From positions 496,001 through 560,000 of the forward strand of contig NW_027141363.1 in the NCBI RefSeq assembly GCF_036365525.1: 64,000 nucleotides of DNA, given 5' to 3'. Of the stretch, positions 50,563 through 64,000 are shown piece after piece. Numbering within the stretch: the first letter of the stretch is position 1; each line of letters opens with the position of its first letter. This stretch comes from Heterodontus francisci. Its lineage: Eukaryota. A model generated the notes under the pieces. It did no database searches. It saw only the letters and a list, made by a program, of their open reading frames with translations, and was not told the DNA's origin. The position numbers were made by a program, and so were the translations under genes.

Positions 50563-51795
50563 GAATCTGTGTGTCTCTCTCTCTGTCTGTCTCTCACTCT
50601 CTCTGAATCTCTGTGTATCTCTCTGTGCCTGTCTCTCTCTCCCTCTGAATCTCTGTGTCTCTCTGTGCCTGTCTATATCTCTCTCTCAGAATCTGTCTCT
50701 GTCTCTGTCTCTCTCTCTCTGTCTCTCAATCTGTGTGTCTCTCTTTCTGTGCCTGTCTCTCTCCCTCTCTCTAAATCTGAGTCTCTCTCTCTCTGCCTGT
50801 CTGTCTGCCTGTCTCTCTCTCAGAATCTGTCTCTCGCACTCTCTCTCTCTCTCTCTGAATCTGTGTGTCTCTCTCTGTGCCAGTCTCTCTCTCTCTCTTA
50901 ATCTCTGTGTATCTCTCTGTGCCTTTCTCTCTGTCTCTCAATCTGTGTGTCTCTCTCTCTGTCCCTGTCTCTCTCCCTCTCTCTAAATCTGAGTCTCTCT
51001 CTCTCTCTGCCTGTCTGTCTGCCTGTCTCTCTCTCAGAATCTGTCTCTCGCACTCTCTCTCTCTCTCTCTGAATCTGTATGTCTCCCTCTGCGCCCGTCT
51101 CTCTCTCTCTCTCAGAATCTGTCTCTAACACTCTCTCTCTCTCTCTGAATCTGTGTGTCTCTCTCTGTGACTGTCTCGATCTCTGAATCTGTGTGTGTCT
51201 CTCTCTCTCTGCCTGTCTCTCTCTCTCTCTCTCTCCCTCTGAATCTGTGTGTCTCTTTCTTTGCCTGTCTCTCTCTCTCTCTCTGAATCTGTGTCTCGCT
51301 CTGTGACTGTCTCTCTCTCTCTCTCTCTCTCTCACTGTGTGCCTCTCTCTCTCTCTGAATCTGTCTCTCTCTCTCTCGCTCTCTCTCACTCTGAATCTGT
51401 GTTTCTCTCTCTGTGCCTGTCTCTCTCTCCCTCTGAATCTCTGTGTCTCTCTGTGCCTGTCTATATCTCTCTCTCAGAATCTGTCTCTGTCTGTCTCTCT
51501 CTCTCTCTCTCTGAATCTGTGTGTGTCTCTCTCTGTCTGTCTCTCACTCTCTCTGAATCTCTGTGTCTCTCTGTGCCTGTCTATANNNNNNNNNNNNNNN
51601 NNNNNNNNNNNNNNNNNNNNNNNNNNNNNNNNNNNNNNNNNNNNNNNNNNNNNNNNNNNNNNNNNNNNNNNNNNNNNNNNNNNNNNNNNNNNNNNNNNNN
51701 NNNNNNNNNNNNNNNNNNNNNNCTCTCTGTGCCTGTCCCTCTCTCCCTCTGAATCTCTGTGTCTCTCTGTGCCTGTCTATATCTCTCTCTCAGAA

Positions 51796-51828
<33 letters not shown>

Positions 51829-53016
51829 GAATCTGTGTGTCTCTCTCTCTGTCTGTCTCTCACTCTCTCTGAATCTCTGTGTATCTCTCTGTGCCTGTCT
51901 CTCTCTCCCTCTGAATCTCTGTGTCTCTCTGTGCCTGTCTATATCTCTCTCTCAGAATCTGTCTCTGTCTCTGTCTCTCTCTCTCTGTCTCTCAATCTGT
52001 GTGTCTCTCTTTCTGTGCCTGTCTCTCTCCCTCTCTCTAAATCTGAGTCTCTCTCTCTCTGCCTGTCTGTCTGCCTGTCTCTCTCTCAGAATCTGTCTCT
52101 CGCACTCTCTCTCTCTCTCTCTGAATCTGTGTCTCGCTCTGTGACTGTCTCTCTCTCTCTCTCTCTCTGAATCTGTGTGTCTCTCTCTGTGCCAGTCTCT
52201 CTCTCTCTCTTAATCTCTGTGTATCTCTCTGTGCCTTTCTCTCTGTCTCTCAATCTGTGTGTCTCTCTCTCTGTACCTGTCTCTCTCCCTCTCTCTAAAT
52301 CTGAGTCTCTCTCTCTCTGCCTGTCTGTCTGCCTGTCTCTCTCTCAGAATCTGTCTCTCGCACTCTCTCTCTCTCTCTGAATCTGTATGTCTCCCTTTGC
52401 GCACGTCTCTCNNNNNNNNNNNNNNNNNNNNNNNNNNNNNNNNNNNNNNNNNNNNNNNNNNNNNNNNNNNNNNNNNNNNNNNNNNNNNNNNNNNNNNNNN
52501 NNNNNNNNNNNNNNNNNNNNNNNNNNNNNNNNNNNNNNNNNNNNNNNNCTCTGTGCCTGTGTCTCTCTCTCGCTCTCTGAATCTGTGTCTCTCCCTGTGC
52601 CTGNNNNNNNNNNNNNNNNNNNNNNNNNNNNNNNNNNNNNNNNNNNNNNNNNNNNNNNNNNNNNNNNNNNNNNNNNNNNNNNNNNNNNNNNNNNNNNNNN
52701 NNNNNNNNNNNNNNNNNNNNNNNNNNNNNNNNNNNNNNNNNNNNNNNNNNNNNNNNNNNNNNNNNNNNNNNNNNNNNNNNNNNNNNNNNNNNNNNNGTCT
52801 CTCTCCCTCTCTCTAAATCTGAGTCTCTCTCTCTGTCTCTCTGCCTGTCTGGCTGTCTCTCTCCCTCTCTCTGAATCTGTGTGTCTCTCTCTCTGTGCCT
52901 GTCTCTCTCTCTCTCTGAATTTGTGTGTATCTCTCTGTGCCTGTCTCTCTCTCTCTCTGAATATGTGCATCTCTGTCCCCCCTCTCTCTCTCTCTGAATC
53001 TGTGCGTCTCTCTCTG

Positions 53017-53055
<39 letters not shown>

Positions 53056-53705
53056 CTGTGTTTATCTCCCTCTGCCAGTCTCTCTCTCCCTCTGAATCTG
53101 TGTGTCTCTCTCTGTGACTGTCTCCCTCTCTCTGAATCTGTGTGTCTCTTTCTTTGTGCCTGTCTCTCTCTCTCTCTCTCTCTGAATCTGTGTGTCTCTC
53201 TCTGTGCATGTCTCTCTCTCTCTGAATCTGTGTGTCCCTCTCTGTGCATGTCACTCTCTCTCAATCTGTGTGTCTCTCTCTGTGCCTGTCTCTCTCTCCC
53301 TCTGAATTTGTCTGTCTCTCTCTGTGCCTGTCTCTCTCTCTCAATCTGTGTGTGTCTCTCTCTGTGACTGTCTCTCTCCCTCTCTCTAAATCTGAGTCTC
53401 TCTCTCTCTCTCTCTGCCTGTCTGGCTGTCTCTCTCCCTCTCTCTGAATCTGTGTGTCTCTCTCTGTGCATGTCTCTCTCTCTCTGAATCTGTGTGTCCC
53501 TCTCTGTGCATGTCACTCTCTCTCAATCTGTGTGTCTCTCTCTGTGACTGTCTCTATCTCTCTGAATCTGTGTGTCTCTCTCTGTGCCTGTCTCTCTCTC
53601 TCTCTGAATTTGTGTGTATCTCTCTGTGCCTGTCTCTCTCTCTCTCTGAATATGTGCATCTCTGTCCCCCCTCTCTCTCTCTCTGAATCTGTGCGTCTCT
53701 CTCTG

Positions 53706-53742
<37 letters not shown>

Positions 53743-56700
53743 CTGTGTTTATCTCCCTCTGCCAGTCTCTCTCTCCCTCTGAATCTGTGTGTCTCTCTCT
53801 GTGACTGTCTCCCTCTCTCTCTGAATCTGTGTGTGTCTCTCTGTGCCTGTCTCTCTCTCTCTGAATCTGTGTGTCTCTCTCTGTGCCTGTCTCCCTCTCT
53901 CTCTGAATCTGTATGTCTCTCTCTGTGCCTGTCTCTCGCTCTCTCTGAATCTGTGTGTCTCTCTCTGTGCCTGTCTCCCTCTCTCTGAATCTGTGTGTCT
54001 CTCTCTGTGCCTGTCTCTCTCTCTCTGAATCTGTGTGTCTCTCTCTGTGCCTGTCTCCCTCTCTCTCTGAATCTGTATGTCTCTCTCAGTGACTGTCTCT
54101 CTCTCTCTGAATCTGTGTGTCTCTCTCTGTGCCTGTCTCTCTCTCTCTGAATCTGTGTGTGTCTCTCTGTGCCTGTCTCTCTCTCTCTGAATCTGTGTGT
54201 CTCTCTCTGTGCCTGTAACTCTCTCTCTCAATCTGTGCGTCTCTCTCAGTGCCTGTCTCTCTCTCTCACTGAATCTGTGCGTCTCTCTCTCTGCCTGTCT
54301 CTCTCTCTCTGAATCTGTGTGTCTCTCTCTGTGCCTGTCTCTCTCTCTCTGTATCTGTGCGTCTCTCTATGTGCCTGTCTCTCTCTCTCTGAATCTGTGT
54401 GTCACTCTCTGTCTGAATCTCTGTTTCTCTCTCTGAATCTGTGTTTCACTTTCTCTCTGAATCTGTGTGTCACTACCTCTCTGAACCTGTGTGTCTCTCT
54501 CTGAATCTGTGTGTCACTCTCTCTCTGAATCTGTGTGTCTCTCTCTGTGCCAGTCTCGCTCTCTCTCTCTCTCTGAGTCTGTGTGTCTCTCTCTGCGCCA
54601 GTCTCTCTCTCTCTCTCTCTGTGAATCTGTGTGTCACTCTCTCTCTGAATCTGTGTGTCTCTCTAAGTGACTGTCGCTCTCGCTGTCTGAATCTGTGTGT
54701 CTCTCTCTGTGCCTGTCTCTTTCTCTCTGAATCGGTGTGTCTGTCTCTGTGACTGTCTCTATCTCTCTGAATCTGTGTGTCTCTCTAAGTGACTGTCTCT
54801 CTCGCNNNNNNNNNNNNNNNNNNNNNNNNNNNNNNNNNNNNNNNNNNNNNNNNNNNNNNNNNNNNNNNNNNNNNNNNNNNNNNNNNNNNNNNNNNNNNNN
54901 NNNNNNNNNNNNNNNNNNNNNNNNNNNNNNNNNNNNNNNNNNNNNNNNNNNNNNNNNNTCTCTCACTCTCTATCTCTCTGAATATGTGTGTCTCTCTCTG
55001 TGCCTGTCTCTCTCTCTCTCTGTATCTGTGCGTCTCTCTCTGTGCCTGTCTCTCGCTCTCTCTGAATCTGTGTGTCTCTCTCTGTGCCTGTCTCTCTCTC
55101 TCTGAATCTGTGTGTCTCTCTCTGTGCCTGTCTCCCTCTCTCTCTGAATCTGTTTGTGTCTCTCTGTGCCTGTCTCTCTCTCTCTGAATCTGTGTGTCTC
55201 TCTCTGTGCCTGTCTCCCTCTCTCTCTGAATCTGTATGTCTCTCTCTGTGCCTGTCTCTCGCTCTCTCTGAATCTGTGTGTCTCTCTCTGTGCCTGTCTC
55301 TCTCTCTCTGAATCTGTGTGTCTCTCTAAGTGACTGTCTCTCTCGCNNNNNNNNNNNNNNNNNNNNNNNNNNNNNNNNNNNNNNNNNNNNNNNNNNNNNN
55401 NNNNNNNNNNNNNNNNNNNNNNNNNNNNNNNNNNNNNNNNNNNNNNNNNNNNNNNNNNNNNNNNNNNNNNNNNNNNNNNNNNNNNNNNNNNNNNNNNNNT
55501 CTCTCACTCTCTATCTCTCTGAATATGTGTGTCTCTCTCTGTGCCTGTCTCTCTCTCTCTCTGTATCTGTGCGTCTCTCTCTGTGCCTGTCTCTCGCTCT
55601 CTCTGAATCTGTGTGTCTCTCTCTGTGCCTGTCTCTCTCTCTCTGAATCTGTGTGTCTCTCTCTGTGCCTGTCTCCCTCTCTCTCTGAATCTGTTTGTGT
55701 CTCTCTGTGCCTGTCTCTCTCTCTCTGAATCTGTGTGTCTCTCTCTGTGCCTGTCTCCCTCTCTCTCTGAATCTGTATGTCTCTCTCTGTGCCTGTCTCT
55801 CGCTCTCTCTGAATCTGTGTGTCTCTCTCTGTGCCTGTCTCTCTCTCTCTGAATCTGTGTGTCTCTCTCTGTGCCTGTCTCCCTCTCTCTCTGAATCTGT
55901 ATGTCTCTCTCTGTGCCTGTCTCTCGCTCTCTCTGAATCTGTGTGTCTCTCTCTGTGCCTGTCTCTCTCTCTCTGAATCTGTGTGTGTCTCTATGTGCCT
56001 GTCTCTCTCTCTCTGAATCTGTGTGTCACTCTCTCTCTGAATCTGAGTGTCTCTCTCTCTCTCTGAATCTCTGTGTCTCTCTCTGAATCTGTGTTTCACT
56101 CCCTCTCTGAATCTGTGTTTCACTCCCTCTCTGAATCTGTGTGTCACTCCCTCTCTGAATCTGTGTGTCTCTCTCTGAATCTGTGTGTCACTCTCTCTCT
56201 GAATCTGTGTGTCTCTCTCTGTGCCAGTCTCGCTCTCTCTCTCACTCTGAATCTGTGTGTCTCTCTCTGTGACTGTCTCTATCTCTCTGAATCTGTGTGT
56301 CTCTCTCTGTGCCTGTCTCTCTCTCTCACTGAATCTGTGCGTCTCTCTCTCTGCCTGTCTCTCTCTCTCTGAATCTGTGTGTCTCTCTCTGTGACTGTCT
56401 CTATCTCTCTGAATCTGTGTGTCTCTCTCTGTGCCTGTCTCTCTCTCTCTCTGTATCTGTGCGTCTCTCTCTGTGCCTGTCTCTCTCTCTCTCTGAATCT
56501 GTGTGTATCTCTCTGTGCCTGTCTCTCTCTCTCTCTCTCTCTCCGCCTGTCACTCTCTCTCTCTCTCTCTATCTCTCTCTCTGAATTTGTATGTCTCTCT
56601 CTTTGCCTGTCTCTCACTCTGTCTCTNNNNNNNNNNNNNNNNNNNNNNNNNNNNNNNNNNNNNNNNNNNNNNNNNNNNNNNNNNNNNNNNNNNNNNNNNN

Positions 56701-57540
56701 NNNNNNNNNNNNNNNNNNNNNNNNNNNNNNNNNNNNNNNNNNNNNNNNNNNNNNNNNNNNNNNNNNNNNNNNNNNNNNNNNNNNNNNNNNNNNNNNNNNN
56801 NNNNNNNNNNNNNNTCTCTCTGAATCTGAGTGTCTCTCTCTCTCTCTGAATCTCTGTGTCTCTCTCTGAATCTGTGTTTCACTCTCTCTCTGAATCTGTG
56901 TGTCACTCCCTCTCTGAACCTGTGTGTCTCTCTCTGAATCTGTGTGTCTCTCTCTCTCTGAATCTGTGTGTCTCTCTCTGTGCCAGTCTCGCTCTCTCTC
57001 TCTCTCTGAATCTGTGTGTCTCTCTCTGCGCCAGTCTCTCTCTCTCTCTCTCTCTGAATCTGTGTGTCACTCTCTCTCTGAATCTGTGTGTCTCTCTAAG
57101 TGACTGTCTCTCTCGCTGTCTGAATCTGTGTGTCTCTCTCTCTGCCTGTCTCTCAGTTGGTCTCTCTCAATCTCTGTGTGTCCCTCTCTGTGCCTGTCTC
57201 TCTCTCTCTCAGAATCTGTCTCTCTCACTCTCTCTCTGAATCTGTGTGTCTTTCTCTCTGTGCCTGTCTCTCTCTCTCTCTCTAAATCTGAGTCTCTCTC
57301 TCTCTCTCTCTGCATGTCTATCTCTCTTCTCAGAATCTGTCTCTCTCACTCTTTCTCTCTTTGAATCTGTGTTTCTCTCTCTGTGCCTGTCTCTCTCTCG
57401 CTCTCTGAATCTGTCTCTCTCTCTGTGCCTGTCTCTTTCTCTCTGAATCGGTGTGTCTGTCTCTGTGACTGTCTCTATCTCTCTGAATCTGTGTGTCTCT
57501 CTGTGCCTGTCTCTCTCTCTGTCTGTATCTGTGCGTCTCT
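49165..57540. repeat. About 8.4-kb CT-rich satellite (CTGAATCTGTGTGTCTCTCTCTGTGCCTGTCTCT)n with higher-order duplications and N blocks
   Basis: Visible units; a 541-bp block repeated at about 54790 and 55330. Confidence 0.95.
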
Positions 57541-60500
57541 CTGGGTTTTTCTCTCTCGTGTTTTCTCTCTCTCTCTGGGTTTTCTCTCTCTCGTGTTTTC
57601 TCTCTCTCTCTCGTGTTTTCTCTCTCTCTCTCTGGGTTTTCTCTCTCTCGTGTTTTCTCTCTCTCTCTCTGGGTATTTTCTCTCTCGTGTTTTCTCTCTC
57701 TCTCTCTCTGGGTTTTTTCTCTCTCGTGTTTTCTCTCTCTCTCTGGGTTTTCTCTCTCTCGTGTTTTCTCTCTCTCTCTCGTGTTTTCTCTCTCTCTCTC
57801 GTGTTTTCTCTCTCTCTCTCTGGGTATTTTCTCTCTTGTGTTTTCTCTCTTTCTCAGGGTTGTTTCTCTCTCTGGGTGTTTCTGCCCCCCCTGATCCAGA
57901 CTCCTATCTAAATACAAGACCCCCCGGGGACTGACCCCCCCCCCCCCAGTAAATACCCCACAGGGACAGACCCCCATCTAAATACCCCTCCCCCCCTGGG
58001 AACAGACTCCTTTCTAAATACCACCCCCCCCCCCCAGGAACAGACTCTCTCGTGTTTTCTCTCTCTCTCTCTGGGTATTTTCTCTCTCGTGTTTTCTCTC
58101 TCTCTCTCTGGGTTTTTTCTCTCTCGTGTTTTCTCTCTCTCTCTCTGGGTTTTCTCTCTCTCGTGTTTTCTCTCTCTCTGGGTATTTTCTCTTTCTCTCT
58201 CTCGTGTTTTCTCTCTCTCTCTCTCTGGGTTTTTTCTCTCTCGTGTTTTCTCTCTCTCTCTCTGGGTATTTTCTCTCTCGTGTTTTCTCTCTCTCTCTCT
58301 GGGTTTTCTCTCTCTCGTGTTTTCTCTCTCTCTCTCTGGGTATTTTCTCTCTCGTGTTTTCTCTCTCTCTCTCTCTGGGTTTTTCTCTCTCGTGTTTTCT
58401 CTCTCTCTCTGGGTTTTCTCTCTCTCGTGTTTTCTCTCTCTCTCTCGTGTTTTCTCTCTCTCTCTCTGGGTTTTCTCTCTCTCGTGTTTTCTCTCTCTCT
58501 CTCTGGGTATTTTCTCTCTCGTGTTTTCTCTCTCTCTCTCTCTGGGTTTTTTCTCTCTCGTGTTTTCTCTCTCTCTCTGGGTTTTCTCTCTCTCGTGTTT
58601 TCTCTCTCTCTCTCGTGTTTTCTCTCTCTCTCTCGTGTTTTCTCTCTCTCTCTCTGGGTATTTTCTCTCTTGTGTTTTCTCTCTTTCTCAGGGTTGTTTC
58701 TCTCTCTGGGTGTTTCTGCCCCCCTGATCCAGACTCCTATCTAAATACAAGACCCCCCGGGGACTGACCCCCCCCCCCCCAGTAAATACCCCACAGGGAC
58801 AGACCCCCATCTAAATACCCCTCCCCCCCTGGGAACAGACTCCTTTCTAAATACCACCCCCCCCCCCCCCCCCCCCCCCCCCAGGAACAGACTCCTATCT
58901 AAATACCCCACCACCCCCGAGGACCAGACTCCCATTTAAATACCCCCCCCCCCCCCCCTGGGAACAGACTCCTTTCTAAATCACCCCCGCCCCCTGAACA
59001 AACTCCCATCTAAATACCCTCCCGGGAACAGACTCCTATCTAAATACCCCACCACCCCCGAGGAACAGACCCCCATCTAAATACCCCCCCCCCGGGAACA
59101 GACTCCTATCTAAATACCACCCCCCCCCCCAACCCCCCCTGATCCAGACGCCCATCTAAATACCCCCAGGAACAGACCCCCCCCTTTCTCATTGTCTTTC
59201 TCCATCACTGTCTCTGTTTCTCTCTCTCTCTTTCTCTGTCCGTGACTCCATTTGTTCCTCCCTTACACCATCTCCCACTCTCTCTGATTATGTCTCTCTC
59301 TCTCTCTCTCTCTGTGTCCCTCTCTTGTGCTGTCTGTCTCTCTCATTGCCTCTCTTTCTCTCCCTGCAATTTTTTAACACCCCCCAGACTCACATCTAAA
59401 TACCCCACAGGGACAGACTCCTATCTAAATACCCCCCGGGAACAGACTCTCATCTAAATACCCCCCGGGAACAGACTCTCATCTAAATGCCCCCCCGGGA
59501 ACAGACCCCCATCTAAATAACCCCCCCCCCATTAACTGACCCCAATCTAATTCTCCCCCCCAATGTAAACACCCCCCTCCTTTCTGAATACCGTCCCTGT
59601 CCCTTCCCCCATTGAGCCACAAGGAGACAGGCAGAGACAGTCGGGGAGCAGATACACAGAGAGGCAAAGAAACACTGGGCTGGACTCGGACTTGGTACCA
59701 ATGGTGCAAACCAGGATGGAGGGCAGGAGGGTGGTTGTGAATCCGGCTGCCCGTTCAGCATCTCTCCCCTGTTTTTACCTCAATGGGACCAAAACTGGGC
59801 AGAGATGGAAAGCAGGATCCCAGTTTACAATCACCCTGTGCACACACCAAGGCAGTGAGTTCAAATCCACCCCCAGACAGAGGGACAGAGACACAGAAAA
59901 CAGATCCTGGGATTAGGACAGAACAGAGAGAGAGAGAAATAAATGGAAAGAGAGATGGAGAATGACATGCAGGGAGTCCGAAACCAGTGAGAGAAACTCA
60001 GAACAGAGGGTCAGAATACCGAGAAGGACAGAGAGAGACATGGAGACATACAGAGAGAGAGAGCTGGAGGTGTAGTGAGAGAATGCAGCAGCGATGAAGA
60101 TATTGAGAAAGATCCCAGACAAAGAGAGATACAGAGACAGAAAGATGTGGCGGGGCAGAGATACAAAGTAAGATGTGTTTACAGAATAGCAAGAGGTGTC
60201 CTGGGACAGGGGGGAGGGAAATGCAGAGATAATCTTGCAGGAAAGGAGGAGCAGAGATGGAAAGATTCAGGGATTTGGAAGTGATTGAGAGAACAAGTGG
60301 AGAGAGAGAGAGAGAAAGATGCAGAGAGTCGCAGAAAGAGTGGCAATGGAAACGTGAGACTCCAGAGACAGGCAGAGATAGAAAGGATGTTGAGAGATAC
60401 AGTGATAGGAATTTAAAGATGTGAAGAAACAGAGCTAGGAGGAAGGTGCAGGGAACAAGTGCAGCAAGAGATGGAGAGGGGGAAATCTAGGGGATTACAT

Positions 60501-63500
60501 TGACTGTTCTGGAGCAGCTCTTTCCCAAACTATTCCCTTCGGGAGCTCCCTCCAGCCCCCTCCCTTGTGGCAAAAAAAAAAATCCACAGAGCCTCTGAAA
60601 ACACAAAATCAAAATACTGCAGATGCTGGAAATCTGAAATAAAAAGTGTGTTAGAAATACTGAGCATTTCCAGCACTTTGTTTTTCTATCAGCCCCGAAA
60701 ACACACCGTTTTCTTTTCTGTATCTTGAAATGAATTTGACAATGACACATATATATTTATTATTATTTTCCTCTCTGGTTATAGCTCTTGTCTGAGAATT
60801 CCAGGTGGCCAAACGATTCTTCCTCTGCATCATCACAGCTGCAGCTTCCGAAAAGATTCTCCTTGGGAATAAGAGAAATAAAATTGATTCAAACACAGCA
60901 AAGCATTTTGGAACAGAAATAAAACACAGCAAGAGCCCAGAGCTCTTTCTCTCACTCACTGACATAAAACAATCTCTCAGTGACTCCCCGTCTTGCAAAT
61001 ACATCCCCCGACACAGAGCCAGAGACTGGGAAGTGTGGATGTGTTTACCCTGTCCTTTCCTGCTGTCTCTCAATTTCTCTCTCTCTCTATTTCTCTGTGT
61101 GTCTCTCTCATCTGTTTCTGCCTCATTCTAAAAACACACAAACACTGGTGACCCCCATCCCCTATCCTGTCGAAGGATAGAAAGAAATTGCCACATTCCC
61201 ATCCCTGAAAATCAGAATTCAAATGGCCCCCAGGTGTTTCATTTCACTGTCAAATTAACCCACAGTCTAAAACACCAGCATTATTCGGGAATGAGAACAA
61301 ACCTTCACATTTCACCCATTTCATTGCTGATTCACAGAAGTATCTGACACTCAATGAATTCATTTTTAAAGTGGTCGGCAATGTTGGAAATGCTGTCGGC
61401 CACTGTTGCACAGCAAGATCCCACAAGCAGCAGTGTGATCAAAGTCGGCTATCCCTCCTCCCCCTCTAATTCCCTCCATGTTTCCCTCACTCCTGCGTCT
61501 CTCCCTCCTGTTACTCTCATTCAGATGGGGAGAGAGAGAGAATCACAGAATAATACTGTGCAGAAGAGGCCCTTCGGCCCATCGAGTCTGCACCGATGCA
61601 TTAAAGACACCTGACCTGTCTACCTAATCCCATTTACCAGCAATTGGCCCATAGCCTTGAATGTTATGACGTGCCAAGTGCTCATCCAGGTACTTTTTAA
61701 AGGATGTGAGACAACCTGCCTCTACCACCCTCCCAGGCAGGGCATTCCAGACTGTTGCCACCCTCTGGGTAAAAAAGCTCTTCCTCAAATCCCCCTTAAA
61801 CCTCCCGCCCCTCACCTGAAACTTGTGACCCCCTCGGAACTGACCCTTCAACTAAGGGGAACAGCTGTTCCCTATCCACCCTGTCCATACTCCTCATAAT
61901 CTTGTACACCTCGATAAGGTCACCCCTCAGTCTTCTCTGCTCCAGTGAAAACAACCCAAGCCTATCCAACCTCTCTTCATAGCTTAAATATTCCATCACA
62001 GGCACCATCCTGGTGAATTGCCTCTGCACCCCCTCCAGTGCAATCACATCCTTCCTATAATGTGGTGACCAGAATTGCACACAGTACTCCAGCTGTGGCC
62101 TTACCAAAGTTCTATCCAACTCCAACATGACCTCCCTGCTTTTGTAATCTATGCCTCGATTGATAAAGGCAAGTGTCCCATATGCCTTTTTCACCACCCT
62201 ATTAACCTGCCCTTCTGCCTTCAGAGATCTATGGACAAACACGCCAAGGTCCCTTTGTTCCTCGGAACTTCCCAGTGTCAGGCCATTCATTGAATACTTC
62301 CATGTCACATTACTCCTTCCAAAGTGTATCACCTCACACTTTTCAGGGTTAAATTCCATCTGCCACTTTTCTGCCCATTTGACCATCCCATCTATATCTT
62401 CCTGTAACCCAAGACACTCCACCTCACTGTTAATCACTCGGCCAATCTTTGTGTCATCCCCGAACTTACTGATCCTACCCCCCACATAGTCATCTATGTC
62501 GTTTATATAAATGACAATCAATCGGGGACCCAGCACAGATCGCTGTGGTACGCCACCGGACACTGGCTTCCAGTCACTAAAACAGCCGTCTGACATCACT
62601 CTCTGTCTCCTACAGCTAAGCCAATTTTGAATCCACCTTATCAAGTTACCCTGTATCCCATGTGCATTTGCTTTCTTGATAAGTCTCCCATGTGGGACCT
62701 TGTCAAAGGCTTTGCTGAAATCCATGTAAAATACATCAACTGCACTACCCTCATCTACACACCTGGTCACATGCTCAAAAATTCAATCAAATTTGTTCGG
62801 CATGACCTCCCTCTGACAAAGCCATGCTGAATATTCCTAATCACATTTTGCCTCTCCAAGTGGAGATAGATTCTCTCCTTCAGAATTCTCTCCAATCGTT
62901 TCCCTACCACTAACGTGAGACCCACTGGTCTGTAGTTCCCTGGCTTATCTCTACAACCTTTCTTAAATAGTGGGACCACATTAGCTGTTCTCCAGTCCTC
63001 TGGCACCTCCCCCTTGGCCAGAGAGGAATTAAAAATTTGGGTCAGAGCCCCTGCAATCTCCATCCTCGCCTCCCACAGCATCCTGGGAGACAAATGGTCC
63101 AGCCCTGGAGATTTGTCCACTTTTAAGCTGCCAAAACCTCCAATACCTTCTCACTCCCGATGACAATTTGCTCAAAAACCTCAGTCAGATCCCAGCAATG
63201 GTGACACTTCAACATTCAGTTTACCAAGGTTTTGAGTGTGGATTTCTCTCTCTCTCTCTCTCTCTTTTTCTCTCCATCTATTTCTGCCCCAGTGTTGTAA
63301 TGTGGGAATGGATGCAAGGAATGTATGCACAGCAGGATCCCACAATGTGATGATAGCCAGATATCCCATCACAGTCCTCAGAAAATGCTAAACTCCATCT
63401 TTAAACTTTTCACAAGCCTTTATACAGCTTCACGTTCAGCTCTTGTAATTATTGGCCCTCAGGCGCAGTTGACACTCAATGAATTAATTTTGAAAGTGGT

Positions 63501-64000
63501 CTTCGCTGTTGTAATGCAGGAAACCAGCAGGCAATCTGTGCACAGAAAGATCCCACAGGCAGCAATATGATAACATGCAGATAATCTGTTTTTAGTGATG
63601 TAAGTTTGGAGATCCCAGAGAGAGGAACATTCCTGCTGTTTGAAAATCTCAAACACTCCTCTCCCTGTCTTTCTCCTGCTCTCCTCTCCTCCCCCCCCCC
63701 CCACACACTCATCCACATCTGTTTCTTTTTCTCTCGATCTGGCATTTAATCTGGATTGAAACGTCCTCTGCAGTGTTTCTGTCACCGTTTAAAATAACCA
63801 CACGTCACATTGTGGCTCCTATTGATTAATGGTTAAAATAGAGAAAGTGCGGGGGGAGAGAAAAGCAGAGGAAGATGGAGAGAAAACAGAGAAATCCACA
63901 CTCAGACCCTCAGGAAGCTGAATTTTAACGTGCCCTCATTGTTGTCATGTAGGAAATGCTCCAGGGCACTAGATGCACAGCAAGATCCCACAAGCAGCCA
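57540..64000 (+). repeat. Large direct duplication, copy 2 (runs off the window end)
   Basis: See 21221-27723. Confidence 0.92.
61539..63182 (-). mobile_element. Duplicate of the CR1 LINE at 25262-26905
   Basis: Identical ORF translations, offset 36277. Confidence 0.92.

Noticed and set aside
54806-55499. N runs as true assembly gaps
   Set aside because: Equal-length N blocks recur in duplicated satellite units, which fits low-complexity masking better
49042-58767. Dozens of ORFs in the satellite
   Set aside because: Low-complexity artefacts

Overview
Repeat-rich vertebrate genomic DNA, most likely from a cartilaginous fish (HE1/V-SINE, CR1-type LINEs and 69-bp repeats of the kind common in shark genomes; the taxon is inferred). 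The only clearly recognisable genes are three T-cell receptor beta-type V segments that resemble mammalian TRBV30 (SQTIHQ..CTVEGTS..WYRQ..YFCAWS), each followed by a 23-bp-spacer RSS. Two lie on the minus strand (about 1.2-1.7 kb, plus a remnant at about 2.8 kb) and one on the plus strand (16.9-17.6 kb). Each carries a different lesion: a mutated RSS heptamer, a LINE truncation, or loss of the first Cys. I saw no D, J or C segments. The rest of the window is a mosaic of direct and inverted segmental duplications (including a near-identical copy of at least 6.4 kb, offset 36,277 bp), CT-rich satellites and LINE/SINE fragments. It also holds an orphan CpG-island promoter, CTCF-like elements downstream of two RSSs, and phase-compatible candidate exons of unidentified genes. 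Most ORFs in the supplied track are microsatellite or LINE artefacts. Repeat boundaries were read by eye and are approximate.
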